Shown here: piece by piece, positions 11,017-23,118 of the stretch | How the letters are laid out: every line of letters starts with the position of its first letter | Position numbering within the stretch: the first letter of the stretch is position 1 | Notes under the pieces: generated by a model | The model's database searches: none | Told to the model about the DNA's origin: nothing | What the model saw: the letters and a program-made list of their open reading frames with translations, nothing else | NCBI RefSeq assembly: GCF_036321535.1 | Contig: NC_087462.1 | Coordinates: 17,546,001 to 17,610,000, forward strand | Source of the DNA: Camelus dromedarius | Lineage: Eukaryota | Length of the DNA: 64,000 nucleotides | Reading direction: 5' to 3' | Program-made: the position numbers and the translations under genes

Positions 11017-11324
11017 CAGTGCTGTCCCATATGAGCCACCAATGCAATTAAGACTGTTCTCTTAGCTGCATTAAAAACAATAAAAGGAAACAGTTGAGAT
11101 GAGTAGTAATAAAGTATTTCACTTAATGTGATAGTTCCCAGATACAATCACTTCGACATGTAATCGATGTAAAAATATATTAAACAGCTACTTCACATTC
11201 TTTTTTTTCACACCAAGTCTTCAGAATCTGGTGTGTTTTGTATGTACATCTCAGTTCAAGCCAGACAGGTTGTGAGGGCTCAGTGGCCACACGTGGCAAA
11301 TGCCTACTGTACTGGACAGCCCAG
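11017..11324. mobile_element. MER33 hAT-Charlie MITE, near full length
   Basis: Starts cagtgctgtccca and ends tggacagcccag. Interior cacattctttttttcacaccaagtcttcagaatctggtgtg...gccacacgtggc matches recalled MER33. Confidence 0.8.
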
Positions 11325-13229
11325 TTACAGGGCAAGGCTAGGACCTGGATGCTGCAGCCACGTGTTCACTCGTGGCCACAAGAGGGAAAGAGTTGTAGAC
11401 GCTGGAGCCAATCTAAAGCAGCCCAGTGGAGGACTGCTTGGCGGGGGGTTGGGGGGTGGGTCTGGGTTACCAATAGAAAATGCAGAGAGGGCCAGTCAAG
11501 ATAGAAACCCCTGGATTCAGGCAGGCAAGCTGTGGATTAAGATATTCCAGTCATTCAGCCATCCCTCCTGGGGGCAGAGAACCTCCTTGCAGCCTTAGGA
11601 TTTAATGTGATTTCTTTCCAAACTACCACCCTTCTAGGGCTGACACGGAATAACCAATGCTTCCAGTCCAAAAAAGCAGCTTTCTTCATTTAATTATCAC
11701 ATGCAACCCCAAATAAGGCTCTTTGTGTTCACGAAACAGCATTATAATTGACGGATCATCTCCAGCCAGTTGGTACAGAGGCTGAGCTTCTTAACAGTTT
11801 ACTAATCCCTGGGATTATCACAATGTAGCAACGAATCAGTTACATTCGACGGGATTGGGGAGCTCTCATTATCAGCCTGATGATGCCTTCTGTTCTGCTC
11901 CAGACTTCCCTGTGTCACTAAATGGTCCAAGAAGCATCACCAGGATTCCAGCTACTGGCATCTGACTTGAGTCTGTGCCTCCATCACCAGTGTGCCCCTT
12001 CAGGGAGCACAACTGCGACTCCGAGGTCCTTCCATCACGTGCAGAAATCTGGTGCCGGAAGACATCTGGTTGTAAGGATCTAATTATGTACCTGAGAGAG
12101 TCCCCTGCCATTTTTTTTTTTTTTTACCCAGTAAGATGTTTTGGTTTAATTTGTCAGTTTTGTCTGTGGGCAGGGGAGTGGTCCACCTGGCTCAAAAAGA
12201 TGGAGACTGGGGTTTCCTTTCTTTTCCCCCACTTTGTTTGAAGCTCTGTGTCTGCCCAATGGAGTCTGGGAAAGGGAACCCGTTTCTGTGCAATCCACCC
12301 TCCTTCCCGCTGACATACCGTTCCCACCCTCTCCTGCCCCTTTGTCCCTCTCTCTCGGCAGCCCTCTGAGGTTTTCACCCCTGATTTGATTGTCGCAGCT
12401 CATACTGTCAGCCTGAAACCCAGTAGCATGTCTCATGCGGGCTGGGCAAGGGGGATGCAGGAGGAGTGGAGGGGGAGGCACATTCATCTTGAGAAGTAGC
12501 TTTATGTAAATTGATCTTTTGGCCGAAAGCTGGAGCCAGGCATTTGCTGATTAATTGGAGAAGCGTCCTTGCTCCCCATGTCTTCTTGAGAGAGATGGCC
12601 CGCGTGGAGTCCGCTCTTCTTCACAAAGACATTCCCAGGCCAAGAAGCCTTTGCAATTAGGAGATGGAAATCCTGTGAGCGAGGGGGAGGCAGCGGGGGT
12701 GGCGGGGAGCGTTTATGGAATTGTCCTGAAATGAAGTGTGTGCATTTGGCCTGCTTCCTGATTCACTGCTGAACTGAGTGCCCTTATTTGCCTCCCAGAC
12801 GGTGTCCTGGTAGCCTAGGTTCTCAGGCATTAAATCCCATACGTGGAAATCTGCTTGGGCAATAATTAGCAAAAATTAAGAGGGTGGACGGTGTGCTTTC
12901 TAAACATGCTTTCCTTGGGGCTTCCAGGTGTGTATTTTTGGTTACCATTTGGCCACTCCTGTTGGCCTTCAGAAAGCAGGGAGTGAATCTGGGACTGGCT
13001 CAATCTCTCTTCCACATCCTCTGACCCTTTCCTTGAAAAGAAAGCTCCAGCAAGATGGTAAGTCATCCTGCAACGTGGTCCTTTTAACTCTGTCCCAGGG
13101 CACTCTTTAATTTGACTTTATCAAAGAGCTGAAGGCAAACGAGGTGCCTGTGCACAGGTAAAGCGAGCTTGGATCTGGAGAGCTTGCTTGCTGCTGCTAA
13201 CCTACGTGGAGCCGGCCAGGTAACAGGCT

Positions 13230-13330
13230 CTTTTTCTCCCTGGCCCCCTCACTAGCTTCCTGTGGCCCAGGGACTTTTGCCGAGCATGAGGTCTGACGCA
13301 TAGCTTAAAAAATACTTGTTGAATGTATAA
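13230..13330 (+). mobile_element. L2 3' terminal fragment
   Basis: aaatacttgttgaatg tail preceded by a degenerate L2 terminus. Confidence 0.4.
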
Positions 13331-15189
13331 AAAAAAATAAGTTACAATGATTTCATGCCATTGCCTGTTCATGGATGATCGAGAATAAATTTCAAGCTCT
13401 GGGGATTTTTCCCCCCCAAGTCCAATTTGTCCCTTTGGATTAGAAAGAGCCCTGGTCCCACCCCTCTGCCCTGCCACCTCCGCTGCCTGGTGGACCATCA
13501 CGCATGTGACCTAATGCTTCTAGGACAGGCTTGCGTTCTGAGGAGACACAGACAAAACCTCCGACCGAGCAAGGTGTGGTGCACTGAGCTCAAGTGTGGG
13601 AATGAGCAGTTATACTGGGAAGGTAGGCGAAGCAGAGGAATAATTAGGTTTCTTGCAATAGAGTTTAAATCTGGCCTGAGCGGGTACAACAGATTTGGAA
13701 AACGAATTCGACCCAGAAAGGGGCTGTGCACCTGACAATGTTTCAGCTCCCCGTTTCTGAATCGCTGAGACTAGGATAACAGAAGATCATGAAACTCTAG
13801 GTACAGAAGCAGATGCTTTCAGCATCGAGATACAGGAGATGTTAGAAGGGGATGATTGGCAGTGAGAAAGTTCTGATTATCTTTGTGACCATCTGGTCTG
13901 GGGTCAGTCTCCTCACCGCCAAACTGTCTAAAAGATCTGGAAACCCTTCTGGAGCCAGAGGACTAGCAGAAGTCAAGTGGCGGGTGGGAGAGGTGGAAGC
14001 AGAGGTGGGAAGGAGAGAGGCAGTCCCAGTGCTACGGGACTGGTGTCTGGGAGCAGTTAAAGCCGTTTGCTAATTTCCACACCTTGTAACCTTAAATGTT
14101 CAACTTGATCATAAGGAAAGGATTCGTTGGACACTCTAGATGCCCTGTGTGTGCCTGATCCTAAGACTAACGTTCTGGGGACTGAACAACTCCTCCCTTC
14201 TACATTTAAGAGTGTGTAGCACCGGAATTACTCCTCCGTGATCCGTTCTGCTTTCCTGAAGACACGGGAGCCGGCAGGGGTCGGGGTAGGCTTTGCCTTG
14301 GGCTGCAGCTGCTGTGAGGTTGGAATTTGGAATTCAGGGCTGCAGCCCAAGAAAATGTGGCTTGTAGATGCCTGTTCTCTCTTGTAACTTTCCAGAACCC
14401 TAATAAACAAGTGAAATCCCCGTGGTGAAGGTGAGATGCTATCCTGGGGGCCATGTGCTGATAAAAATCAACGTGGTTTCAGAAAGGCTCAAAATTATCT
14501 TCTACCGAAGCAGGAAAGCAATTCCGCCAGAGCTCAGCCCTCTGAGTTGCAAAGCCACCTTCTGCAAGCCCAGCGCTGGATGAAGGATACCGCAGCTTAA
14601 GTCATTAAGCTATGGGAATAATACACAGAAGGACATTTCTCATGACCTCCGCACTGTTCATTGCTCCACTCAAAGCAATTACAGTTATTGCTAATAACTC
14701 ACACCTGTGGGTGTCCTGGTATTGACTACAGGAGAACAGATGCTATTCTCTCCCTTATTTATGTAAAAATGGATGCAGTTGAATAGATTTACACCAAGTT
14801 TGAAGTTAACACTAATATTTAATCCCAGACCCGCTTCTGGCCATTTGGCTTGAAAGGCACGAGACAAGGGATGTAAGCACTGGGAGAAGCCAGCGAACTG
14901 CAAAGACGAAGAAATGTAGTGACAAACCTGAGCCTGCTGCCACTAGCCACGTGCCAGATACAATAAACCCCCCTGTCCCAGGCAAAGAGGACAGGACCTG
15001 CGTGGTAGGAGGTGGGAGAGAGAGAGAGGGGATCGAGGGGAAACACCTCCCTCGTCCCTGAGACTGGTCATCAGCTGCAGCCGGAGCACACTCTTCCTGG
15101 CAGTGCAACTCCTTTCCTTTCTTACCTGAGCCCAGAAGTCCTGCATACGGTCAAGGTCCCAGGAGGCAGGGAGACACAGTATGGACAGC

Positions 15190-15420
15190 CTGGCTCAGGA
15201 GCCTGGAAGATCTCGGTGTGAACTCCAAGCTGGCCCCTTGCTAGCTGTGTGACTTTGTATGAGTAGATTACCCTATCTGAGCCTCAGTCTCCTCATCTGT
15301 AAAATGGGACCAGTGAAAATACTTGCATCAGGGAATTACTATAAAAACGGCCAATGAATTCAGAGCTCTTGGAACGCTACTTGACTCAGCATAAGCACTT
15401 AATAAATACTGGTTGTTATG
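15190..15420 (+). mobile_element. MIR SINE, near full length
   Basis: ctagctgtgtgactttg...ctgagcctcagtctcctcatctgtaaaatggg...aagcacttaataaatact. Confidence 0.8.
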
Positions 15421-16527
15421 AGTACTGCTTGCATCTGTTCAAGTCTGCAATCAAACACTCTGGGTGGAAAGATAAGACAATCCCTGCCTCCTTGTCCCAG
15501 AGAATACTGCACAGGAGCTCTTAAGCTGTAAAGCAGCAACTCCAGGTCAAGTTCAATACCAAAGAAAGCAAAAATTGGGCTCCACTCAGCCTGCTGTGCC
15601 TCAAAGCTCCCCCTGGTCCTGCAGGGAGACTCAACCTCTTAAGGATTTCCCAGGCTCTCCCAAGGATGGAAAGCGTGGGGCGGCAAGGGCAGGGACATGG
15701 GTTAAAGCCGCACAGCTCCCTATAACCCCCTAGGAAGCTGGCTGGACATGGCTGACTGTGAGCCGCTGCCGTGCAGAGAAGCCGGCCGGAGACTTGCATC
15801 AGGGGGAAGGGAGAGAAGGAGAGCCAGAAGGCAGCCAGTTTGATGGCAGGGAGGAGAGGCTAAGATCCCAGCCCAGGCAGGGTCCAGACCGGGAAGTGTC
15901 CTCAGCACAGACATGGCTCTGGGCGGAGAGCAGACTGTGGATCCAGCTGCCTCTGCACAGACTCAGAACAAGTCCCAGTCCCCCTCCATCTTCCAAAGGA
16001 AGCTGGGGAATTGCATGAGCTTCTGAGGGGTCCACAGCCACGCAGGACACAGCCCTTGGAGGAAAGGCTGAGAAAGTTAAGGTGGGAAGGCCAGTGAACT
16101 TCGGTGCTAAAGCAAATTCCTGGCTGTAGTTACTTTCCTGAGAAAAGAGTCCTCACCGCCCTGTTGAAACTGTTCTGGGGCTTTCTTTCCAATGAAGGGT
16201 CACCATTAATAGGTTATATACCCAGGGAGTTAGGCGTTGTAGGTCAAAGCTAAGAAACAAGAAGACACAGTCCGTGGGAGGGGACAATGCGGGACAGCAA
16301 GTATCACGTCACCTCTTAGGAAGTGAAGGTCACCTCTGCAGATGGACCTGGCTGCTCGAGGTCAGACCGCTTTCCCGTCCCAAAGAGGAGACGGCTGCTC
16401 GAGGAAAGAGGGGGTGGAACCAGGGGCACGGCCTCGGCAGTGCTGGTGTGGAGGCTCTCGCGGGGTCTGTCTCTGTGAATGAGAGCTTGCCTTTAAAGTC
16501 AGCGGGTGCTGGGCAGGAGAACCCAAG

Positions 16528-16900
16528 CAGAGAGGGACAGAGATGGCTGGATAGATAGATAAAGAGACGAGAGAAAGAGAGAGATGGGGACAGAGACAGA
16601 CAGGCAGGTGATGAGATGAAAACCAAGAGGGAGAGAGGGTGAAAGAGACCGACACAGTGAGACAGAATAAAACTAGGGAAAAACAAAAGGAAAAAGAAAG
16701 CCTGAGAGCAACACACATGCATAGAGACAGTCACTGCACAGCAGGGACCTTGAGAGGCAGATACACAGAGAAAGAAGCCGCACAGGGATGGGACAGAGGG
16801 AAACAGGACGGAGGCAGGCTCGCACACACACAAAAGAAGAGACACACAGAAAGAGAGGGGCTGAGAGGACGAGAGAGGAGGAAGGCAAGAGGGAAAGGAC
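16528..16900. repeat. GA-rich low-complexity tract
   Basis: About 370 bp dominated by GAGA/GACA/AGAG on +, so pyrimidine-rich on the SLIT3 strand. Confidence 0.8.
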
Positions 16901-17409
16901 CAGGCAGACGCCAGCAGGGGCCCGCGAGGCTGGAAGGCAGAGGCCCCTCTCCAGAGGACCCTGGCGTTTGGGCTTTCCTACAACCGGGAGACTGAGAACG
17001 GGAGGGGGTCCGAGACCCCCCCTCATATCTGATCTGGGAGGCTGCTCTGGGACAATGCGGTGTTGTCCTCCCTGTCCGGACCCTGCCCTGGGTTCGCGTC
17101 TGCGTCCCCCAGCCTAGCCTTGTCCTCAGGGACAAACCCTCTTCCTCCGAGGAGGGGAGCCCCCCAGACCAGGGGAGGGCCTGCCGGGGCTTCCCCCAAG
17201 CCCCTTTCTCTGGCTGATCCATCCTTCCGATCCCCCTTGGCTCCAGAAGCCAGACCCGAGGTTTTGGCAGAGAAAACTTGCGGAGGTTTCAAACTTTTTA
17301 CATTACAAAGCGAGTTTTTAAAAGCTCCATAAAATTTCAAGGCACATACTTAATGTTCAAATGGCAGAATGTATCGATCCCTGCCCATCCTGTAGTATCT
17401 TAAGTTTAC

Positions 17410-17541
17410 NNNNNNNNNNNNNNNNNNNNNNNNNNNNNNNNNNNNNNNNNNNNNNNNNNNNNNNNNNNNNNNNNNNNNNNNNNNNNNNNNNNNNNNNNNN
17501 NNNNNNNNNNNNNNNNNNNNNNNNNNNNNNNNNNNNNNNNN
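17410..17541. other. N block (132 nt)
   Basis: Run of N. Confidence 1.
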
Positions 17542-17632
17542 AGTAGCTGGCTCTGAATCAAGGAGAGTGGCAGGAAGTGGTCCCCTGGGACGTCAGGCGC
17601 AGATGAATCTACAGCATTTTTATGGAGGGAGC

Positions 17633-17682
17633 CTTTTTTTTTTTTTTCTTTCTCTTTCTCTTTTCTTTCTTTCTTTCTTTCC
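17633..17682. repeat. poly-T / (TTTC)n simple repeat
   Basis: Directly visible. Confidence 0.9.
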
Positions 17683-19084
17683 AGCTCCTCACTTCTCTTA
17701 AAGCAGAAAGCATATGGAAATGAAATACGAAAACGGTCTTGGCTTACACGTATCAATTAAGCATGTCAATACCTTAATTAAATCGCTCAACTTAACGAGA
17801 TTTATACCAATGAATATGTTTTATAGTTATAATAGCTTTTTTGGCCACTGTTCAAAATGTCAAATAAATTGTGAAAAGGGGAATCTAAAAAAGACATAAT
17901 TGACGTTCTGAACCAAAGCCAGTTTTCTTTGTTCCCTCCCTCCCTCCTTTCCCCTTTATTCATGTAATTTTGGAGAATATATATATAAAGTCATGGATCC
18001 TAGAATGGATTGGGGTTTTAGACATCTTCTTTCATCTCTCAATTCTAATCCTTCTTATCAACTTTCTAAGCCTCATATCGTTGAACCTGTGAACGCCCCT
18101 CCCTTTCTTCTGGTCCTTTGCAGCTTGCTTTTTAATAATCTATAATTGGATCTCCTTGGCTACACCCAGAGAAAGGAAAACACGTCCTCTGCCCTGACGA
18201 ACAAAACCCCAAACAGAGCGGGGCATCAGGTTAAAAGGCATTATGACCTGAGAAGGCTATTACCATAACATCAAAATATCTGGGAAGAAAGGATTCTTAA
18301 TCTCTTATGTAAAAGCCTGTTTTCGGTAACACACGCAGCAAAGAAAGTCAAGATCCTCCCACCTCCTTACACTCTTTCTCTCTCTGAGCCTTTCCAAATC
18401 ACTTCTTCATTTACTTCTGAATATAACCACAGCCTCTCTCCTGAAGCACAGGAAACCGAGAGGAGACCTTCTAGACACGTACAAACACACACAAAAAGAA
18501 GACACAATGGTTGGGGGAAGCGATGCTGGGTGTGCACACTGCTGCCGTGGAGTGGATTCCTCCCAGCAAGCCACAGACAGAACAAGCGAAGCTGTGAGTG
18601 TTGCCATGTAGGTTCAAGGTTATTTATCTAAAACTGTGATTGCAAAAACAGGAAATGAGAGAAAAAGAATAGGCGTGATTTGGGGACACTAGTCTGAAAT
18701 GCACACATGTGTTTCAAGTCTTGGTTAAATACTCCTGTCCTGAGGTCTCAGCCAGGCTTCTGGGTTGAATGCTGTCCTAAAGCTGGGTGACCTGAGGCTG
18801 GAGGAGGGTGCCCCTTGGGTTTTGTGCCCCCTGAGGCTCTGGCCCTGTGAAGACTGTGTCTGTGGCCTCTCAGCCTTTCACAGCCAACCTCCCAATTTCT
18901 GGGGAAAGATGGCACCAAACAGAGGCTCTGGTGGGAAGCAAGAATCAGGTTGGTCCTCTTGTTCTGATTCCCTTCGCTGACACGATCTGGCCGAGACCAG
19001 GGAAAGGACAAGATACTGTGAGCATTCTAGGATGCTGTTCAGAATAAAGCATCTTTGCTCAGAACCCATGACTCCTGGCAAATT

Positions 19085-19195
19085 TTGGAGCTAAAAGATC
19101 CAACCCTCTTGCTTTACAAATGGCAAAACCGAGGCCCCCAATGTGAAAGGGTTTGCCCAAAGTCACACAGTTTGGGGTGAGAATGCAGGACCCTG
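19085..19195 (-). mobile_element. MIR/MIR3 core
   Basis: ctttacaaatggcaaaaccgaggccc...gtttgcccaaagtcacacag. Confidence 0.65.
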
Positions 19196-19424
19196 ATGCT
19201 GCGGACAAGGCTCTTGTCCTCTTCCTATGTTGTGTCTGCTTTATATCAATAGCACAGGACAGGAAGGAGGTCTAGGTGCAGCAGCTGGCATTTGTCCGGC
19301 TGCCAGGGAGCACCTGGGCTGACTCGACTAACTGGGCAGATGCCCTCCCTCCTCTGCTCTCTCTGCAACATGTGGACAGCTTTCCTAATGCTCTGCCCGC
19401 ATGTAAAATGGGTCGTCTTTCCAG

Positions 19425-19640
19425 ATCCATCCACCCGTCGAACAAACATTTATCGAGCACTTACCGTATGCCAGGCACAGTGCTAGGCACAGGGGACGAG
19501 GTGGTGAACTAGCTCTTTGCTCACGCAGCTTACGGACTTGTAGAGGGGGCAAACATAAATCACGGTGCAGGTGAGCATTTACAATTTAGACCCTATGAAG
19601 AAATACAAGATGCCTGTATGATAGGAACATGTATAATGAG
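19425..19640 (-). mobile_element. L2 3' end
   Basis: aacaaacatttatcgagcacttaccgtatgccaggcacagtgctaggcacagggga. Confidence 0.8.
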
Positions 19641-19741
19641 ACAGCTCAACCACCCGAGACGACAGCCAGAGGAAAGAAATGGAGACAGGAAGGCCGTGTA
19701 GCAAGAATGCAGGGAAGGGGTGCGTGGGAGTGGGGGTCAGC

Positions 19742-20075
19742 GCAATGGTGCTCAAAGTATGGTCTTTGGACCAGCGGCATCAGTATCATCTGGGAACCTG
19801 TTAGAAACGCAAATTCTTTGTTTTAGAGGTGCCTCTGCAGCAAAATGAAGTCTCTGGGGACTTTATTCTTTTTTTTTTTTTTTTTTTAATTGAAGTGTAG
19901 TTGATTCACAATGTTAGTTCCAGGTGTATAGCAAAGTGGCTTAGTTATACATATACATACATATATATACACACACATACAGAAATGCAAATTCTTGGAT
20001 GCAATCCCAGATGTTCTGAATTAGAACCTTGGTGGGTGGGGAACAGCCACCTGTGGGGCGTTTTCCCCCCAGGGA
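19742..20075. mobile_element. MER5A hAT-Charlie MITE, interrupted by a retro-insertion
   Basis: ctcaaagtatggtctttggaccagcggcatcagtatcatctgggaacctgttagaaacgcaaattct, resuming at 19981 with agaaatgcaaattcttgg. Confidence 0.85.
19869..19980 (-). mobile_element. Young cetartiodactyl-type L1 3' terminus with poly(A)
   Basis: Reverse strand ...tgtataactaagccactttgctatacacctggaactaacattgtgaatcaactacacttcaatt followed by A19. Confidence 0.85.
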
Positions 20076-20084
20076 AATAAATTT

Positions 20085-20500
20085 TTTTTTTAACTGGAAA
20101 TTTAAAAACATACGTGAAGTAGAGAGAATAGTATAATAAACATCATCTTCAACAACTGTCAACAATTTGCTAATTTTGTTTCATCTCTCCCTGCCTCTCT
20201 CCTTCCCCCCACCCCCCAACATTTTTTTTTTTTTCTTTCTGGAGTTTCATTTTGTTTTGCTTTGTGTGTGTGGCATATTCATCCACTGGTACATTTAGCA
20301 GCAATTTCTGGAGTTTTTTTAAAAAGCAAATCTCTCAATTTAAAAAACAAAAAGCAGACCTCAGACGTCATGTCATTTTATTCATATATATATTTCAGTT
20401 TGCAGTTCTAATCAAGGGGACTTTTAATTTAACATTTAGCAATTATTACACCTGACAAAAGGCGCAGTCCTTGTTGTCTGCAGTCAAGGTCTGAACAACG
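20085..20500 (-). mobile_element. Old L1 (L1MC/ME-like) 3' fragment
   Basis: gtagagagaatagtataataaac...aacaactgtcaacaatttgctaattttgtttcatct. Confidence 0.55.
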
Positions 20501-20599
20501 CCCAGGCGTTGCGTTTCAGCCACCCGGGTTGACGCTAACGCCTGCGGGATTTTGAGCTCTACTGGTGCAGAGCATGCTGACGGAGGACACGTGTGGTGA

Positions 20600-20810
20600 G
20601 GACGCCCAGACGGTTAAGCACCGGCCATGCGTGATCTGAGAAGCAGACGAAGGCGAGTGTGGCTAGAATGGGGCAAGGACAGGGTGGTGGCGGAGTGGGG
20701 ACTGGTCGTGAAGACAGGAGGGGATGACAGATGGGATCAGGTTTGGACATGATCAGAGGACAAAGACAGACACCGGCGGGTTTTAATCAGGGAAGAGGAC
20801 AGTTCACTGA
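20600..20810 (-). mobile_element. L2 fragment
   Basis: gaaggcgagtgtggctagaatgggg...ggttttaatcagggaagaggaca. Confidence 0.55.
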
Positions 20811-21797
20811 ATGCTGATGGGAACCTCATGACGCAACCAGCAGACCAGCAGGAACAGGCCTTCCTTCTGCTGATCTGGAAAGCCAATTAAAAAATAACTG
20901 ATATTTTCACTCATTCACATTTACATGTAAATTTTCAGTTAAAAAGCCACAGGCTGTCACTCTTTCACCATATGTTTCTCCCTCATTTGTTCTCTGCAGT
21001 GACGAATGAGCCCTGAGTCTCCACACACACCAAGTGGGGCAGGAGAGGAACAAGGAACTCAGGAGCAGCCGGGCTCCCTGGGGGTGCGAACCGGGCACCC
21101 CTGGAAACCCCTGGCCCTTGCTTCAGCATGTTTGCCCCATCAGGGCTGAGCCTGTTTTGGCATTTGGGGGGATGAGTTATAAACCCATCTGCACCCCAGT
21201 GTTTCATTAGAGGAGGGAGTTGGGTCATGTCTTCCAGACCAGAAGGCTAAGGCTTTGCCCCAAAGTCCCAGTGTCATAGAAAGGCAGGGCAAGACCCCCG
21301 AATCCCTTGCTCTTTGCCCCAGGTAAAAAGAGGGCACTTGTGGGGTGGTCATGGAGTGAATGACTTGAGGGTTAAAGGGCACTGGGGCCTGGCGTGGTCC
21401 CACTGCCGTGCGTGCGTGGTCAGGTCGTGCTGCCCTCCTACTGGCCCTCCTCAAGGTTCCCACCCCCTCTCTTCACCTCGCTCTTGACCCGAACCCTACG
21501 CTAGCCATCCCTTCCTGCTCCCCGTACACATCGATCATGGTGTTTCCTCTCAGCATCTATTTCAGTGGGTTTTACGCTATTATTTAAATGCAGATTTGTT
21601 TTGTTGGATGGGTGTTCCCACAGTACACAGATGTACAAAATAGATCTCATTGGAGCTTCTCTGATTGAAGTGTTGGGGTGACAGGGGAACCCAGCATGGC
21701 TGCACGCCCAATAACCTTGGGCGCTTTGACACATTTTGAGTATCACCAACCCCTCAATTGATTCCGGAGGAAGCAGTGTCACAAGAGTCAATGCTTT

Positions 21798-22007
21798 AGA
21801 TAAACAACAAGGTCCTACTGTATATAGCACAAGGAATATATTCAGAACCTAGTAATAGCCTATATGAAAAAGAATTTGCGTGTACATATATATATGTATA
21901 TGACTGAATCACTATGTTGTACACCAGAAACCAACACAACATTGTAAATTAACTATACTTCAACCACAACAACAAAAAATAAAATAAAATAAGAGAAAAA
22001 AAGAAAA
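21798..22007 (+). mobile_element. Young cetartiodactyl-type L1 3' terminus (5'-truncated)
   Basis: gataaacaacaaggtcctactgtatatagcac...gaatcactatgttgtacaccagaaaccaacacaacattgtaaattaactatacttcaa plus A-rich tail. Decayed TSD aagagtcaatgcttt / aaaagccagtgcctt. Confidence 0.88.
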
Positions 22008-22947
22008 AAAAGCCAGTGCCTTGTCAGGCACTCAGCAGAGAGGCCTCGACACACCTCCCTTTAGTGTTCTGCCGTCTCTCACTCCATTTCCAGAAGCTCA
22101 GAAATGTTCAGAGCAGGGGAACCATCCTCAGTGGTTTTGCTGTGTCTGCACGTGTTAGGAGTAGCTAACTCAGGGCCCACACGTTCTAGGTAAGAAAAAT
22201 CACGTTTCATTTCCCTCCTGGCCTTTCCTGCTAAGTCGTGTGGAGTAGAAGTCGTGAGAAGGTGAACAGTGAGGAAGGAAAAAAAAAAAAAAACCCAAAT
22301 AGCCTAATTCTCCATTCCGGATACTCCGTCGCTATGTGTGTTACAGCTGTCAATCAGAGCCGCCCTCATAGAGAAAGTTGTGGAATTGTAACGTTCTGAC
22401 TCTTACCTCCTCTGTGAAGACTAATCCAGGAAACTTTACTTCAGAAATAATTATAATCACAGCAATACGACCTCACACGTACTTAACCAGCACTTATCTT
22501 GTGGCTAGGATTCCTCTAAGCATTTTTGCATCGGTTTCAATTTCTCTTTCCTACTAGTGCACAGAAAAGAACTCCCAGACATCACTGCAAAATGCCAATT
22601 CCAGTTTTGGGGGCAGGCCTGATGGCAGGAGGGTGATTACTATGGAGAGAATCCATTCTGATGGACGCGTGTGCATAATTAAAGGAACCTACAACAAAAG
22701 GGACCAGGCTCCCGGTCTCCGGGGAAGGGCAGGTCCTCTGTGCCAGAGTTTTGGCAGCGGAAGGGTGCCCTGGCCTGGCACAGAAGTTCTAGATAATTCT
22801 GGGGTTCCTCAGATGTTGTCATCTGACAACCTTCTTTAAAAAAGTAGAGATTTCCCAACCCTGCCTATTGACAGGAATGCATCTATAAGGCACAGTGAAA
22901 TTCCAGGAGTCGTGGCTTACGTTTGCATACATACTCAGAAAAGTGCA

Positions 22948-23118
22948 CATTGGATGAACACCTACTATGTGCTCACTTCAATTTCAAAAGCGGTAACAAG
23001 GCAGGTCAACTACTGGGATTTTACACAGAAGGTCACCACAGTTCAAATACCAGGCAGCTTGCTCAAGGGCATAGAGCAAACAGGAGCCAGGATTGTGTCT
23101 GTCTTGACTCCAGAACCC
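22948..23118 (-). mobile_element. MIR SINE, degenerate
   Basis: gaacacctactatgtgc...cttgctcaagggcatagagc...gtcttgactccagaaccc. Confidence 0.5.

Noticed and set aside
16330-17340. Cluster of overlapping 100-170 aa ORFs
   Set aside because: Explained by GA/CT low complexity and high GC, which deplete stop codons.
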